From Desulfatiglandales bacterium (lineage in GTDB: Bacteria; Desulfobacterota; DSM-4660; Desulfatiglandales; HGW-15): a stretch of 64,000 nucleotides of DNA. Positions 52,013-62,346 of this stretch are shown here, one piece after another. Position 1 is the stretch's first letter. The number at the start of each line of letters is the position of its first letter. The stretch lies in contig CAXXJJ010000001.1 in NCBI GenBank assembly GCA_963667015.2, positions 1,568,001 to 1,632,000 on the forward strand, in the 5' to 3' direction. The notes under the pieces were generated by a model. The model did no database searches and was not told where the DNA came from. It saw only the letters and a list, made by a program, of their open reading frames with translations. The position numbers were made by a program, and so were the translations under genes.

Positions 52013-52642
52013 ATGTTTAACGTAATTTCAAATGGTGGCGCCTTTATGTGGGTAATAATCGGAGTATCCATCATTGCATTTGCTTTATTTTTTGAAAGGG
52101 CTTCATTCCTTTATCTAAGGCTCAAGCTGAACATGGACAAGGCCTTTGACAGCATTATGAAGGCGCTTGAAAAGGCAAACTACAGCGATGCACTGAAAGA
52201 GGTTTCCAAGATTGATAAACACCCGCTGGGCAGGATTCTCAAGGCCGGATTAATCAAGTCGGATAAAAAGGACAAGGATATAGAGCGGGCCATGGAAGAG
52301 AAAATACTCAGGGAGATTCCAAAAGTAAAGGCACGTATAAACCTTCTTTCGCTCTTTGCCAATATATCCACTCTTCTCGGACTGCTGGGAACCATAATGG
52401 GATTGATCGTTGCCTTTAAGAGCGTTAGCAATGCGAGCGAGGCCATGAAGCAGGAGATACTGGCATCCGGTATTTCAATGGCCATGCTGACTACAGCAGC
52501 AGGGCTTATCGTGGCGATTCCATGTATGGCAGGATATTACTTTTTGAATAACCGCGGTGATTACCTGATCGACCAGTTTGAGGAAAAGGCTCTTACCCTT
52601 GCTAACGCACTTTCAACACTTAAAAAGGACGGGAGCATCTAA
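52013..52642 (+). CDS. MotA/TolQ/ExbB proton channel (AglR-like)
   Basis: AGGAGG RBS before ATG 52013; LLGLLGTI.GLI and AMLTTAAGL.VAIP. Confidence 0.85.
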   Translation: MFNVISNGGAFMWVIIGVSIIAFALFFERASFLYLRLKLNMDKAFDSIMKALEKANYSDALKEVSKIDKHPLGRILKAGLIKSDKKDKDIERAMEEKILREIPKVKARINLLSLFANISTLLGLLGTIMGLIVAFKSVSNASEAMKQEILASGISMAMLTTAAGLIVAIPCMAGYYFLNNRGDYLIDQFEEKALTLANALSTLKKDGSI

Positions 52643-53151
52643 TGTCTGCATTCCTGCGGCTAAAGAGACGGGAGATGGAAGAGGACTGCGAACCTAATCT
52701 GGTTCCCATCATGAACATGTTTCTTGTTCTGATTCCCTTTCTCCTGATGTCTGCAAGCTTCTATCATATTAAGTCTGTAAATACCTCTGTGCCGGTACTT
52801 GCTGAAAGCATCAGCAAGGCCGAAGAAGATAAAGCCGTAAGCGTGACCGTTGTAGTTGAACTGAAAAAGGATTCTCTCAAGGTGTCTGCCATGAGTGATA
52901 AATTGACAGGCGATGAGCTTAATCAGTTTAAGACAGAATATCCCGTGGACGGTAACAGCAATTATCCCCTGGATAAATTTTCGGCATTTCTGCAGGGGAT
53001 AAAGAATCAGTACCCTGAAAGCAACACCCTGATCTTAATACCAAATGACAGTACGGATTATAATACCATTATTCACGCCATGGACACGGCAAGAAGAACA
53101 GGTGAGTTAACCCTGTTCCCGAACGTGGTGTTGTCAGGTTCCCTGGGGTAG
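52642..53151 (+). CDS. ExbD/TolR-family protein 1 (Agl-like)
   Basis: NLVPIMNMFLVLIPFLL TM; Y..II.AMD..R. Confidence 0.8.
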   Translation: MSAFLRLKRREMEEDCEPNLVPIMNMFLVLIPFLLMSASFYHIKSVNTSVPVLAESISKAEEDKAVSVTVVVELKKDSLKVSAMSDKLTGDELNQFKTEYPVDGNSNYPLDKFSAFLQGIKNQYPESNTLILIPNDSTDYNTIIHAMDTARRTGELTLFPNVVLSGSLG

Positions 53152-53162
53152 GAGTTAAATCT

Positions 53163-53663
53163 ATGGCACTTGGTGATAACAGAAGAAAAAGAAAATCCTT
53201 TGCCGCACCAAAACTCATGCTTACATCCATGATGGATATGTTCACCATTGTTCTTATTTTTCTTCTCTTCTCATTCTCTGAGAGGGTAGAGACAATCAAG
53301 ATAGACAGTGAGCTTGAACTGCCGCGATCCTCAACAAAGATGGATTACGATAAAAACCTCAAGCTTGTCTTAACAAAGAGTTCACTGATGCTCGATGACG
53401 AAATAATCGCTGAGCTTGATAATGGAGAGCTCAGGGGATTTGATCAAAAGGATCTTAAGGCATCAATCCTGTACACACGTCTGAAGGACCATTACGAGAA
53501 CAGCAAAAAGACTGCAGAGGAAAATCCGGAAGTAAAGCCCGGCAATCAGGGAATTATCTTCCTGTGTGACAAGAGTCATGAGTTCAAGACTATTAATCAG
53601 GTTATGAAAACAGCAGGCCTGGCAGGTTATCCCAATTTTCAGTTCGCGGTCCTGCAGGAGTAA
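53163..53663 (+). CDS. ExbD/TolR-family protein 2 (Agl-like)
   Basis: LTSMMDMFTIVLIFLL TM; DK...F..I..VM.TA..AGY.N..FAV. Confidence 0.8.
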   Translation: MALGDNRRKRKSFAAPKLMLTSMMDMFTIVLIFLLFSFSERVETIKIDSELELPRSSTKMDYDKNLKLVLTKSSLMLDDEIIAELDNGELRGFDQKDLKASILYTRLKDHYENSKKTAEENPEVKPGNQGIIFLCDKSHEFKTINQVMKTAGLAGYPNFQFAVLQE

Positions 53664-53677
53664 CAGGGAGACAGGGG

Positions 53678-54025
53678 ATGGGTAAAATAAAAATATATAC
53701 AGTCGGCATTGCCATTTCATTTTTTCTCCTGTGTCACTCATTCATTGCAGTTGCAGCGGAAGAGGAGACAAAAGAAGCGGAGATCAGTGAAGCGAAACCT
53801 GAAGAGGCAGGACCTCAAGATACAGAAGCAAAAGACAATAAAAAAGGCAACCTGATGGAACGTATCGATTTCGGAAACTCATACATCCTGGGCCAGAGCA
53901 TAAAATCCGGGGCGGTCTACCTTCTTCACAGAAAGAAGAGCGATATCAAAAGCATGCTGAAGACCAGAGAAGAATATCGAAAGGAAATTCTTGAGGATTT
54001 CCAGGTCAATGATGATGAACCCTGA
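53678..54025 (+). CDS. GltF/CglF-like small exported protein
   Basis: Signal peptide; IDF....I.G...K....YL..RK....SM.K.R..Y..EI pattern and operon position. Confidence 0.6.
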   Translation: MGKIKIYTVGIAISFFLLCHSFIAVAAEEETKEAEISEAKPEEAGPQDTEAKDNKKGNLMERIDFGNSYILGQSIKSGAVYLLHRKKSDIKSMLKTREEYRKEILEDFQVNDDEP

Positions 54026-54080
54026 TTTTTATCAGGCCTGAATTTGTAACTGGATAATGTAAAAAAAACATGGTGATACT

Positions 54081-56588
54081 ATGAGTAAGCTACATGGAAA
54101 TAGAGCGTATATAGAACCTGATCTTAACCCGGCGGCAAATGGACTTGCTCCGATAAATCTCTCCAGTGATCATTCTATCACGCATTCAATCAGGATAGAG
54201 GTTTACAGGGAAGGTGAATATCTTGGTAAAAAGATTTTCTCCCAGAATCGAATAATTATCGGAAAGAGTCTGGAGGCGGATCTTGTTCTTTCTGATGATG
54301 CGATTGCTGACAGGCATGCCTGCATAACATTTATAGACGACCAGCCGGTAATCCTTGATCAGACACAGAAGTCAGGTCTTCTCATCAGAGGAAATCAGTT
54401 TGGAATATCCATTATTGACTCCTCGGAACAGGTCGGGCTGGGGCCTTTTATTTTAAAGATCAGACATCATAAAACATCCGATGACCAGATACACTCAGAT
54501 AATATCACATATGCTGACAATTCAGATGAAGACATAAGAGCGGCTTCAGGTATTGATCTTTCTGGCGTTTCAGAAGATGCCCGTGCCGATTCACCGGAAC
54601 AGAATGAAAAAGCGGTTGAACATGAGGACAATAATGAAAAGCCTGAGGTGGATTTATTTGGCATGTTTGAAGGCGGTTCAGACGAAGACCATGATCTTTA
54701 CGATCTGATCTTTGAGGGCGATGTCAAGACCGGTCAGGATATAGGCAACGTCAAAATCAACCTGTCGAGGATATTCAAGTCGGATGAATCCCGGATAGAG
54801 CATTTTTTCAGTCGAAAGATGGTTGTTTTAAAGAGCGCCCTGAAAATAGATATAGCCAAAAAATATAAAAAGGTCTTTGAGAAAAGCGGTGCAGTGTGCA
54901 GACTGACAGCCCATAAAGGAACTGAGGAGCATGACGTTCCCGTTCAAGACGATGTGTCTCCAGAAATAGAGTCTCAGACCCATGAACAGGATGCAATTCG
55001 GGAAGAGACAAATGTCTCCTCACCGGAGGAACCCGAAAACAAGACAGAACAGTCAGAGTCATCACCGGTAAAGGAAAAGAACCTGTGGAAGTTTTATGGT
55101 TTTGAAACAGATGATGAAGAAGATGAGGATGAAGAAGATCTTCCTGCGGATTTTTCCCTGAAGGACAGGATTAATGAGTTAAATAAATCCGGTTTACATC
55201 TTAACTCTTCGAATAAAAAATACCTGGAGGTTATCAAGCTTTGCGGCCGTGAGGTCATAGACATTCAGCACCTGGAAGAAAAAGAGAGGTTTTATATTTC
55301 GGATGACAATAATAAACGTTTTTGTCTGGCTGAATTTAAGAAGGCAAATGAGGCACTGTTTTCATTTAATAAAAATCTTGAGGGAAACCTGGAAATAGAT
55401 GGTGAGCAGTCTGTTGCAACGCAAGTGCTCATGAAAGATAAAAACTGCATCAGCAAACGAAAGGGCATCTACAGGATACCCTTACCGGGTAATGGTAAGG
55501 CGGTTTTATCTGACGGGTACTTTGACTACCAGATGCGAATGGTAGGCGGTTCCCTTGTCCCGGAAATACCAGAGATAAAAGAATCAAATAAAAAATCCTA
55601 CAGGCATTTTGGTGTATCCTTTGCTTTTCATATCGTGTTTTTAACCTTTCTGGGATTGTTCCCATCCTTTGACAGCGGAAAAAAGATTGAGGATGAAGCC
55701 CGCTTTGTTCAGCTTGATACAAATCAGCTCGCTGAACTGGAAAAGGTGATGAAGCCCCAGCCGAAACCAAAACCGCCTGAACCCGCACCGGTTGTAGAGC
55801 CGCAGCTTAAAAAGGAGCCAAAACCAGCAGTTTTGAAAAAGGAACCTGTCAGGGTGGCATCAAATAAGAAACCTTCAAAAAGCAAAACCGTATCCAGGCC
55901 ATCAAGGCACCCGGATGCAGGCGGAGGCTTTGGCGAAGGCAATGTCTCAACCAGGAATATAAATGAGACAGGGATACTTGGCATGATCTCAGACAGTGTA
56001 GGAATACAGCCCAGAAACGCCCTTGCCGCTGTTACAAATCTTGATGCTGTTTCTTCCCCTAATGTTACCGCAGGCAATCTAAAGGTAGGCGGTGTTGTCG
56101 GCCATATCGGCACAGGTGAAATTGCGGTTCCTAAAGGCTCAATAATCTCTACAAAGGGTTCAAGCCAGGTGCTCAGGAGCTACGGAAGAAAGGGTGAAGG
56201 AACTGTAGCTGCCCTTGAAAAGGGTAAAACAGGAGAGCAGGAAGTAATGGGGATGGTCACGGCCACGCTGGATAAATCGGTCAGGATTAGGGGAGGTCTT
56301 TCCATGGAGGCGGTAAAGAGGGTGATCGACGAGCATCTGGATGACATCACATACTGCTATGAAACGGAACTTATAGCCAATCCTTCAATCGTGGGCAAGG
56401 TGATGTTCGAATGGAAGATCCTGATGACAGGGGAAGTAGGTGAAGTCAGAATAAAGTCTTCATCCATTAATTCTCATGAAATACATGCGTGCATAAAAGA
56501 GGCGATACGAACATGGCGTTTCCCAAAACCCAGCGGTTCGGAAGTTCTAGTCTCATATCCATTTGTTTTTGACATTGTCGGATTCTAA
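54081..56588 (+). CDS. FHA + TM + Pro-rich + TonB-C (AgmX/PglI C-terminal) protein, GltG-like
   Basis: FHA-like N-terminus (IIGK...DLVL....HA), single TM, KP-rich linker, I..CYE..L...P...GKV...W.I...G.V...C...W.FPKP...YPF.F. Confidence 0.75.
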   Translation: MSKLHGNRAYIEPDLNPAANGLAPINLSSDHSITHSIRIEVYREGEYLGKKIFSQNRIIIGKSLEADLVLSDDAIADRHACITFIDDQPVILDQTQKSGLLIRGNQFGISIIDSSEQVGLGPFILKIRHHKTSDDQIHSDNITYADNSDEDIRAASGIDLSGVSEDARADSPEQNEKAVEHEDNNEKPEVDLFGMFEGGSDEDHDLYDLIFEGDVKTGQDIGNVKINLSRIFKSDESRIEHFFSRKMVVLKSALKIDIAKKYKKVFEKSGAVCRLTAHKGTEEHDVPVQDDVSPEIESQTHEQDAIREETNVSSPEEPENKTEQSESSPVKEKNLWKFYGFETDDEEDEDEEDLPADFSLKDRINELNKSGLHLNSSNKKYLEVIKLCGREVIDIQHLEEKERFYISDDNNKRFCLAEFKKANEALFSFNKNLEGNLEIDGEQSVATQVLMKDKNCISKRKGIYRIPLPGNGKAVLSDGYFDYQMRMVGGSLVPEIPEIKESNKKSYRHFGVSFAFHIVFLTFLGLFPSFDSGKKIEDEARFVQLDTNQLAELEKVMKPQPKPKPPEPAPVVEPQLKKEPKPAVLKKEPVRVASNKKPSKSKTVSRPSRHPDAGGGFGEGNVSTRNINETGILGMISDSVGIQPRNALAAVTNLDAVSSPNVTAGNLKVGGVVGHIGTGEIAVPKGSIISTKGSSQVLRSYGRKGEGTVAALEKGKTGEQEVMGMVTATLDKSVRIRGGLSMEAVKRVIDEHLDDITYCYETELIANPSIVGKVMFEWKILMTGEVGEVRIKSSSINSHEIHACIKEAIRTWRFPKPSGSEVLVSYPFVFDIVGF

Positions 56589-56604
56589 AGGAGGTCTTTT
56601 AATA

Positions 56605-57345
56605 ATGAAAATATTTGTATCAATCCTCGTTTTCTCAATATTTCTGTGCTGGCAGGCCCCGGAGGCATTATGTGAAGATGCAAAGGACGAAGCAGGCGTA
56701 TATGCCGTACAGAATCGAATCTTTCACCGGGATCACGAGATAAACTTTAATCTGGGCTATATTACAAATGAGGATTTTTATCATTCTTTTCCAATCGGGT
56801 TTGGCTATGTCTATAATTTCAGTGATAATTTCGGATGGGAAGTTGCCCGCGCTCAATATGTCGTAACCACTGAAAACGATCTGAAATCGGATATTGAACA
56901 GCAGTTTGGCGTAACTCCATCCGAATTTGCCAAACCTGTGTACATGCTTTATTCACATTTTGTGTACAAACCCTTTTATGGAAAAAATGCTGTATTAAAC
57001 AAGGGTATAATAAATCATGAAACATACCTGTTTGCCGGGGGAGGGATTGTCGGTTACGACTGGCATTATCCTGAAGGCCATCCCCTTTACAACACCAATG
57101 ACTCTGAAATGGTGCCTTCTATCAGCTTTGGTATTGGTTCGAAATATTTCCTGAACAAAAAATTCTGCCTCAATTTTGAGATCCATGACCACATGAATTT
57201 TCGGGAAGACGGTATGAAAAACCGGATATCCTTTAGTGCCGGAATCGGCTTCAGATTTGATCTTAAACCAAGAAAAATCAAAAAAGATGAAAGCCTTGAA
57301 AGACTTAACAGGTATCTGAAAAAGGATGAGGATGATGATCTCTAG
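56605..57345 (+). CDS. Outer-membrane beta-barrel protein, GltA/B/H-like
   Basis: GGAGG RBS, signal peptide, AVQNR, PFYGK, alternating beta-strand pattern ending GIGFRF. Confidence 0.7.
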   Translation: MKIFVSILVFSIFLCWQAPEALCEDAKDEAGVYAVQNRIFHRDHEINFNLGYITNEDFYHSFPIGFGYVYNFSDNFGWEVARAQYVVTTENDLKSDIEQQFGVTPSEFAKPVYMLYSHFVYKPFYGKNAVLNKGIINHETYLFAGGGIVGYDWHYPEGHPLYNTNDSEMVPSISFGIGSKYFLNKKFCLNFEIHDHMNFREDGMKNRISFSAGIGFRFDLKPRKIKKDESLERLNRYLKKDEDDDL

Positions 57346-58906
57346 GACCCGAAATATCTGTTTTATCCTGATCATTCTTTTAAGCTGCCCGGCCTTTGCG
57401 GCATCACCTCTTGATATTGTCAAGAAACCGCTTGGTTTTGTGAAGAAACCAATAGGCTATGTAAAGAAACTGGTAGGGCTTGAAAAGGATGAGAAATCGG
57501 AAGCTTCCGAGGTCAGCACGGATGAACAGGCTGATAAAGATCCAAAGCGAAAACACTTTGAAGATGGATATGCCTTCTTTGCCGAAGGGAATTATCAGGA
57601 AGCAATGGTTGAGTTATATAGGTTTATAGCCATGTCTTCCCCTGATGAGGAAGATTATGAGTGGGCCCAGTTTTTCTTTGGAATCAGCCTCAATGAACTT
57701 AACTTTTCCCACGCTGCGGATGATGTGCTGGGCAACCTCATAACCAGAAAACCTAATCCCAGGATCGTTACATACTCCTTTGAGATACTTGAAAAGAATA
57801 TGCGTACACTGCCCCATGATGAAGATTTTATTGTACATCAGGTGGTAGGAGATCAGGACTATGGTTTTGTGGAAGGTGATGTTGCAGACTTTGTTAACTA
57901 CCTGCAGGGACTATACGACTGGGAACATAAATTTTTTGAATGGGGGAATGAGCATTTTAAAAAGATAAGTCCCACATCCACATATTACTTTAAACACCTT
58001 TATGAAGAGGCCCTTTACAGTGTTTATAAAGACAATATTGATGAGGCGATTGATTATCTGAACGACATATTAAAAAGTGATTTCCCCTCAAAGGATCTCA
58101 AGGATGACTGCCGGAAGACCCTTGCCAGGCTTCTTTATGAAAAGGGCGAATATGATGATGCAGACATGATCTATGCAGGGATTCAGAAGAGTATTATTGA
58201 ACAGGCGGAAAATATTCTTGAACGCGCATGGGTTCATTACCGTCTGGGGCATAATGAACGGGCCATGGGGCTGCTTTATTCATTTGAGGCCCCGAGTTTC
58301 AGGAACGCCTTCAGGCCGGAATATTTTATCCTCAAGTCATTTATCTACAAGGATGTGTGTCATTATCAGAATGCGCTGACCGTGGTTTATGAGTTCAAAG
58401 ATCGCTACAGCGATGCACTTTCCAGGCTTTATGAGCGAAGTCTCCCACAGGAGAATGATGCTCTCATGCTTGTACTCCTTAACAAACCAAAGATTTCCGG
58501 AATATATGAATTCCTCGGTCTGCTGGAAAGGGAGATGGTGGCATGTCAGGCCATTTCGGATGAAGCGCTCAAGGCCCATCTGATAAAGATCTATGAGCTC
58601 CAGATGGAAGAAAGCCGTGAGAAATTGAGGAAGCTGATAAATGACGAATACGAGATTATAGCAAACGATCTTCTCCAGTATGAGGAAGAGGCCAATCTCA
58701 TGGAATATGAGATCGGGCTTGATATGTATCAGCGTGTTTATCAGAGTCATTATGCGGATCAGAAGACAGAAAAAGAGAAGGTGGAAAAGGGACTGGCATT
58801 ATATCAGTTCCAGGGGGAATTCTGGAACGATGAACTAGCGGCATATGAGGTCAGCCTGCCTAATAAATGTGAAAACATGGAAGAATGGGACGTCTTTTTC
58901 AAATGA
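57326..58906 (+). CDS. TPR protein, GltC-like
   Basis: TPRs, ERAW..Y.LG...AMG.L, C-terminal FQGEFWNDEL..Y.V....C. Confidence 0.65.
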   Translation: MRMMISRTRNICFILIILLSCPAFAASPLDIVKKPLGFVKKPIGYVKKLVGLEKDEKSEASEVSTDEQADKDPKRKHFEDGYAFFAEGNYQEAMVELYRFIAMSSPDEEDYEWAQFFFGISLNELNFSHAADDVLGNLITRKPNPRIVTYSFEILEKNMRTLPHDEDFIVHQVVGDQDYGFVEGDVADFVNYLQGLYDWEHKFFEWGNEHFKKISPTSTYYFKHLYEEALYSVYKDNIDEAIDYLNDILKSDFPSKDLKDDCRKTLARLLYEKGEYDDADMIYAGIQKSIIEQAENILERAWVHYRLGHNERAMGLLYSFEAPSFRNAFRPEYFILKSFIYKDVCHYQNALTVVYEFKDRYSDALSRLYERSLPQENDALMLVLLNKPKISGIYEFLGLLEREMVACQAISDEALKAHLIKIYELQMEESREKLRKLINDEYEIIANDLLQYEEEANLMEYEIGLDMYQRVYQSHYADQKTEKEKVEKGLALYQFQGEFWNDELAAYEVSLPNKCENMEEWDVFFK

Positions 58907-61900
58907 ACAGATATCTAAATAAAAAATCAATAATGAGCGGGTTTTTCGTTTGCTTCTCCTGCATGCTGTTTATCCTGTCAGGGAACAGGCTGGCCGTCTG
59001 TGAAGAGATTCATGAGGCCTATGAAACGACGGATAAGGAAGAAGATCAGAAGCAGTTTGTTACAAAACTGATGGATGACGACAGGAAGGTGGACCTGGCA
59101 ATCGAAAACACGAAGATGCTGATCGATAAATCCCGAAGCAAACCCTATATGCCTGAACTGTATATGCGCCTTGCCGAACTCTATATTGAAAAATCAAGGA
59201 TTGTCTATTTTATCAGGAAGGGAGCCGTAAAAGGAAAAAAAAGCTCAAAGATGGACAAGTTTGAGTACGACATGCTCAAGAGCAAGGCTATTGAGATATA
59301 TCAGCGAATCCTTGACCATTATCCTGATTTTGAAGACAGGGACAAGGTCTACTTCTTTATGGCCCATGAACAGCGTGAAATGGGCAATATAGATGAGATG
59401 GTGAAAAGCTATAGAACCCTGATTAAAGAATTTACTAAGAGCAGTTATATCCCTGAGGCATATCTCCTCCTGGGTGATTACTTCTTTGCCAAGCAGGATC
59501 TGGACTCTTCCACAAGACATTATGAAAAGGTCCTGGAATATCCGGAAAGCCCTGCCATTGAAATAGCCAGATATAAACTTGCCTGGTGTTTTATAAATAA
59601 TGTGGACTACGAAAAGGCCATCAAGCTTTTTGAGGCGGCAATTGAAGGACACGTACCCGATAAGGAACTTGATGTGGATACCTACCAGCACGTGGATGTG
59701 CGCCTTGAATCCCTTATTGATATGGCCTTCTGCTATCCTGAATATTATAAAAAAAGTACACCGGAAAAGGCCCTTGAATATTTTCAGAAATATTCATGGT
59801 CCAGACAGTCCTACGGCATTGTAATCGATAAACTCGCCTACAGATATTTTGTTAAAAAGAACTGGCAGATGGCCTCGGCCCTCTATCGGGAGCTTTGTGA
59901 TCTAAGGCAGGACCCGGAAAAGCTTCTTGAGTACTGCCGAAACATCTTTGAGTGCGTTCAGGCAATAGGCAACTATGAAAACGCGGACAAGGATGTGGCC
60001 CTGATCGTAAAGGCCCTGAGAAGACAGAAGTACTCAGTGGATATTGATGATAAGCAGAAGGAAAAGGAAAGCCGGAGCTTTGAGGTATACTGCAGGGAGC
60101 TTATTACCCATCTCCATGAAAAGGCAAGGAGTACAAAGTCGAAAGAGGCCTTTAAAATAGCGGGAGCCGCCTATAAGAGTTATCTGGAATTTTTTGATGA
60201 CAGCTCTGCAAGGACCGACATGCAGAACAACTACGCTGAGGTGCTGTTTTCTGCAGGGCAGTATCTTAAGGCAGGAAAAGAATATGAAAAGATTGTAGAA
60301 TCGCTTGCCCTGTATCCCCAAGCAAAAATGGACAAATTATACAGTGCTGTTATCTCCTACTATAATGCCTTAAAAAACAAGGATGACCTTAACTACTATG
60401 ATCTGACATATGCCAGGCAGGGTATGAGGGCCACAGGTAACGAATATGCATCAGCCTATCCTGCCAGCCCTGCTACCTCGGATGTGCTCTTTAATGTTGC
60501 CTGGGTTGCCTATGATGCAGGAATGCATGATCAGGCAATAGATGAATTTACAAAGTTCATAGATAAATATCCCGGCGGCAAGTCTGCAACTGCAGCGGTT
60601 CATCTTATCCTGGATATCTATAACATGGATGAGAACTACAAGGGGCTGACCGAATACGGGAAAAAGGTGTTGAGCAATCCGGGAGTTACCGATGCAAAGC
60701 TTAAGACGGAAGTTGCCTCAATTGTAAAGAATGCAGAATCAAAAATAGTATCCACCATGACCCTTGCAGCGGTTGAAGACTGGGATCAGGGCAAAGAAGA
60801 GTTGCTCAGTATTGCAAATGAAGAGAAATCGTCAGTCATGGGTGAGCAGGCATTAAAGGCATTGATCGTCTCTGCAGTAGACAGAGGAGATTATGAGACT
60901 CTCTTTACTGCGGGGGACTCACTGGTAAAGCAGTTTCCGGAATCAGACCAGGCTGTTGAAACCATGGGCAGGATGATTGATACCTCATATAAGATCGGGC
61001 AGTTTCGAATGCTGGTGGATTATCTTGAAAAAATCTCGGAGCTTGATCCCAAAAATAAATCATCCGCAGATTTCATAAGCCAGGCCGGAAAAATCAGGGA
61101 AGGCCTCGGTCAATACAAACTGGCAAATATACATTACCAGCATCTTCTGAATCATCCTTCCTATTCAAAGGATGACATGGAGGAAATTATCTTTGCTATT
61201 GCCGAAAATGCCGTTAAATCCGGCAGCCCCGATGAGGCAATTAATATATTGAAAAGCAGGTATACAGGCCTTGGCAGCACGGGAAAGATTCGTGCGGATG
61301 CTGATCTGGCCTGGATGTATTTTAACAGTAATAATTATAAAGAAGCATACAGGTATCTTAAAAACACAACCAGATCATATAAAAAGGGTCTTGGAAAAAA
61401 AGATTCGGCAATGAATGATGCGGTCGCCAGGGCGGCCTATACGGATATTCATCTTGCAGAGGATAAATACTACTCACTGAAACTTGGAGATACGATTGAC
61501 AATAAAATCGTTAAACAAAAGTCCGATCTCCTGACAGATCTGGAAAAACGCTATGAAGCGGTAATAAATTACCAGTCAACCGAGTGGGCCTTAAAGGCCT
61601 GCTATCAGACAGCACTCCTTAACTACGAGTTTGCGGAATTTTTAAAGAATGCGCCTCTTCCCGAATTAAGTGAAGATCAGAAATCAGCCTATATTGCGGC
61701 TATCAATGAAAAGGCGGCGAGCTACCGGCAGAAGGGTGATCAGTACATGGAGACTTGTGCAACCCTTTCAAAGAAGTGGGAGATCTGTGACCCGGGAATG
61801 GTGGCCTACTATATGCCGGGCTATGATTCCCGGACCCATTCAACGCCATTCAGCCCCTTTAATGGTTCAGCATCAGACAGGTCCGTGGGAAAAGAGGGAT

Positions 61901-62346
61901 TAAACGACAGGCAATTAAAGGCTATTTATGACACCCTTTACAATGATCCGGAGGATTTCCCGGCCCTGCTTGAACTGGCAAAGGCATATGTTGAGAAAAG
62001 GGATTATGGCCAGGCAATGCTGGTTGTAAGGAACATAATGGATAAGGTTCCTGAAAACGATCACGCATCAGAGGCCATGCTTTATACAATATTAGGTCTC
62101 TGTCACCTTTATACCGGAGAAGATCAGGTTGCCAGGGATGAATTCAAGCAGGCGCTTAAAGTGGATAAAGAATCCTTCGAAGCGAGGATAAATCTGGCAG
62201 GCCTTTATTCATATTACGGTCATACAGAGAAGGCTGCCGCAGTTAAGGCAGGAATTAAATCTGCGGGCAACATCAATTCATCGGTCCTTATACATCCAAA
62301 GGCAGGAGAATATTACTATGCTGGCGCTCAGATATCACAAAACTAA
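58903..62346 (+). CDS. Large TPR protein, GltD/AgmU-like
   Basis: Signal peptide, RLAELY.E, many TPRs (YKLAWC..N), AP.P..L...Y motif; ATGA overlap with upstream gene. Confidence 0.7.
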   Translation: MNRYLNKKSIMSGFFVCFSCMLFILSGNRLAVCEEIHEAYETTDKEEDQKQFVTKLMDDDRKVDLAIENTKMLIDKSRSKPYMPELYMRLAELYIEKSRIVYFIRKGAVKGKKSSKMDKFEYDMLKSKAIEIYQRILDHYPDFEDRDKVYFFMAHEQREMGNIDEMVKSYRTLIKEFTKSSYIPEAYLLLGDYFFAKQDLDSSTRHYEKVLEYPESPAIEIARYKLAWCFINNVDYEKAIKLFEAAIEGHVPDKELDVDTYQHVDVRLESLIDMAFCYPEYYKKSTPEKALEYFQKYSWSRQSYGIVIDKLAYRYFVKKNWQMASALYRELCDLRQDPEKLLEYCRNIFECVQAIGNYENADKDVALIVKALRRQKYSVDIDDKQKEKESRSFEVYCRELITHLHEKARSTKSKEAFKIAGAAYKSYLEFFDDSSARTDMQNNYAEVLFSAGQYLKAGKEYEKIVESLALYPQAKMDKLYSAVISYYNALKNKDDLNYYDLTYARQGMRATGNEYASAYPASPATSDVLFNVAWVAYDAGMHDQAIDEFTKFIDKYPGGKSATAAVHLILDIYNMDENYKGLTEYGKKVLSNPGVTDAKLKTEVASIVKNAESKIVSTMTLAAVEDWDQGKEELLSIANEEKSSVMGEQALKALIVSAVDRGDYETLFTAGDSLVKQFPESDQAVETMGRMIDTSYKIGQFRMLVDYLEKISELDPKNKSSADFISQAGKIREGLGQYKLANIHYQHLLNHPSYSKDDMEEIIFAIAENAVKSGSPDEAINILKSRYTGLGSTGKIRADADLAWMYFNSNNYKEAYRYLKNTTRSYKKGLGKKDSAMNDAVARAAYTDIHLAEDKYYSLKLGDTIDNKIVKQKSDLLTDLEKRYEAVINYQSTEWALKACYQTALLNYEFAEFLKNAPLPELSEDQKSAYIAAINEKAASYRQKGDQYMETCATLSKKWEICDPGMVAYYMPGYDSRTHSTPFSPFNGSASDRSVGKEGLNDRQLKAIYDTLYNDPEDFPALLELAKAYVEKRDYGQAMLVVRNIMDKVPENDHASEAMLYTILGLCHLYTGEDQVARDEFKQALKVDKESFEARINLAGLYSYYGHTEKAAAVKAGIKSAGNINSSVLIHPKAGEYYYAGAQISQN

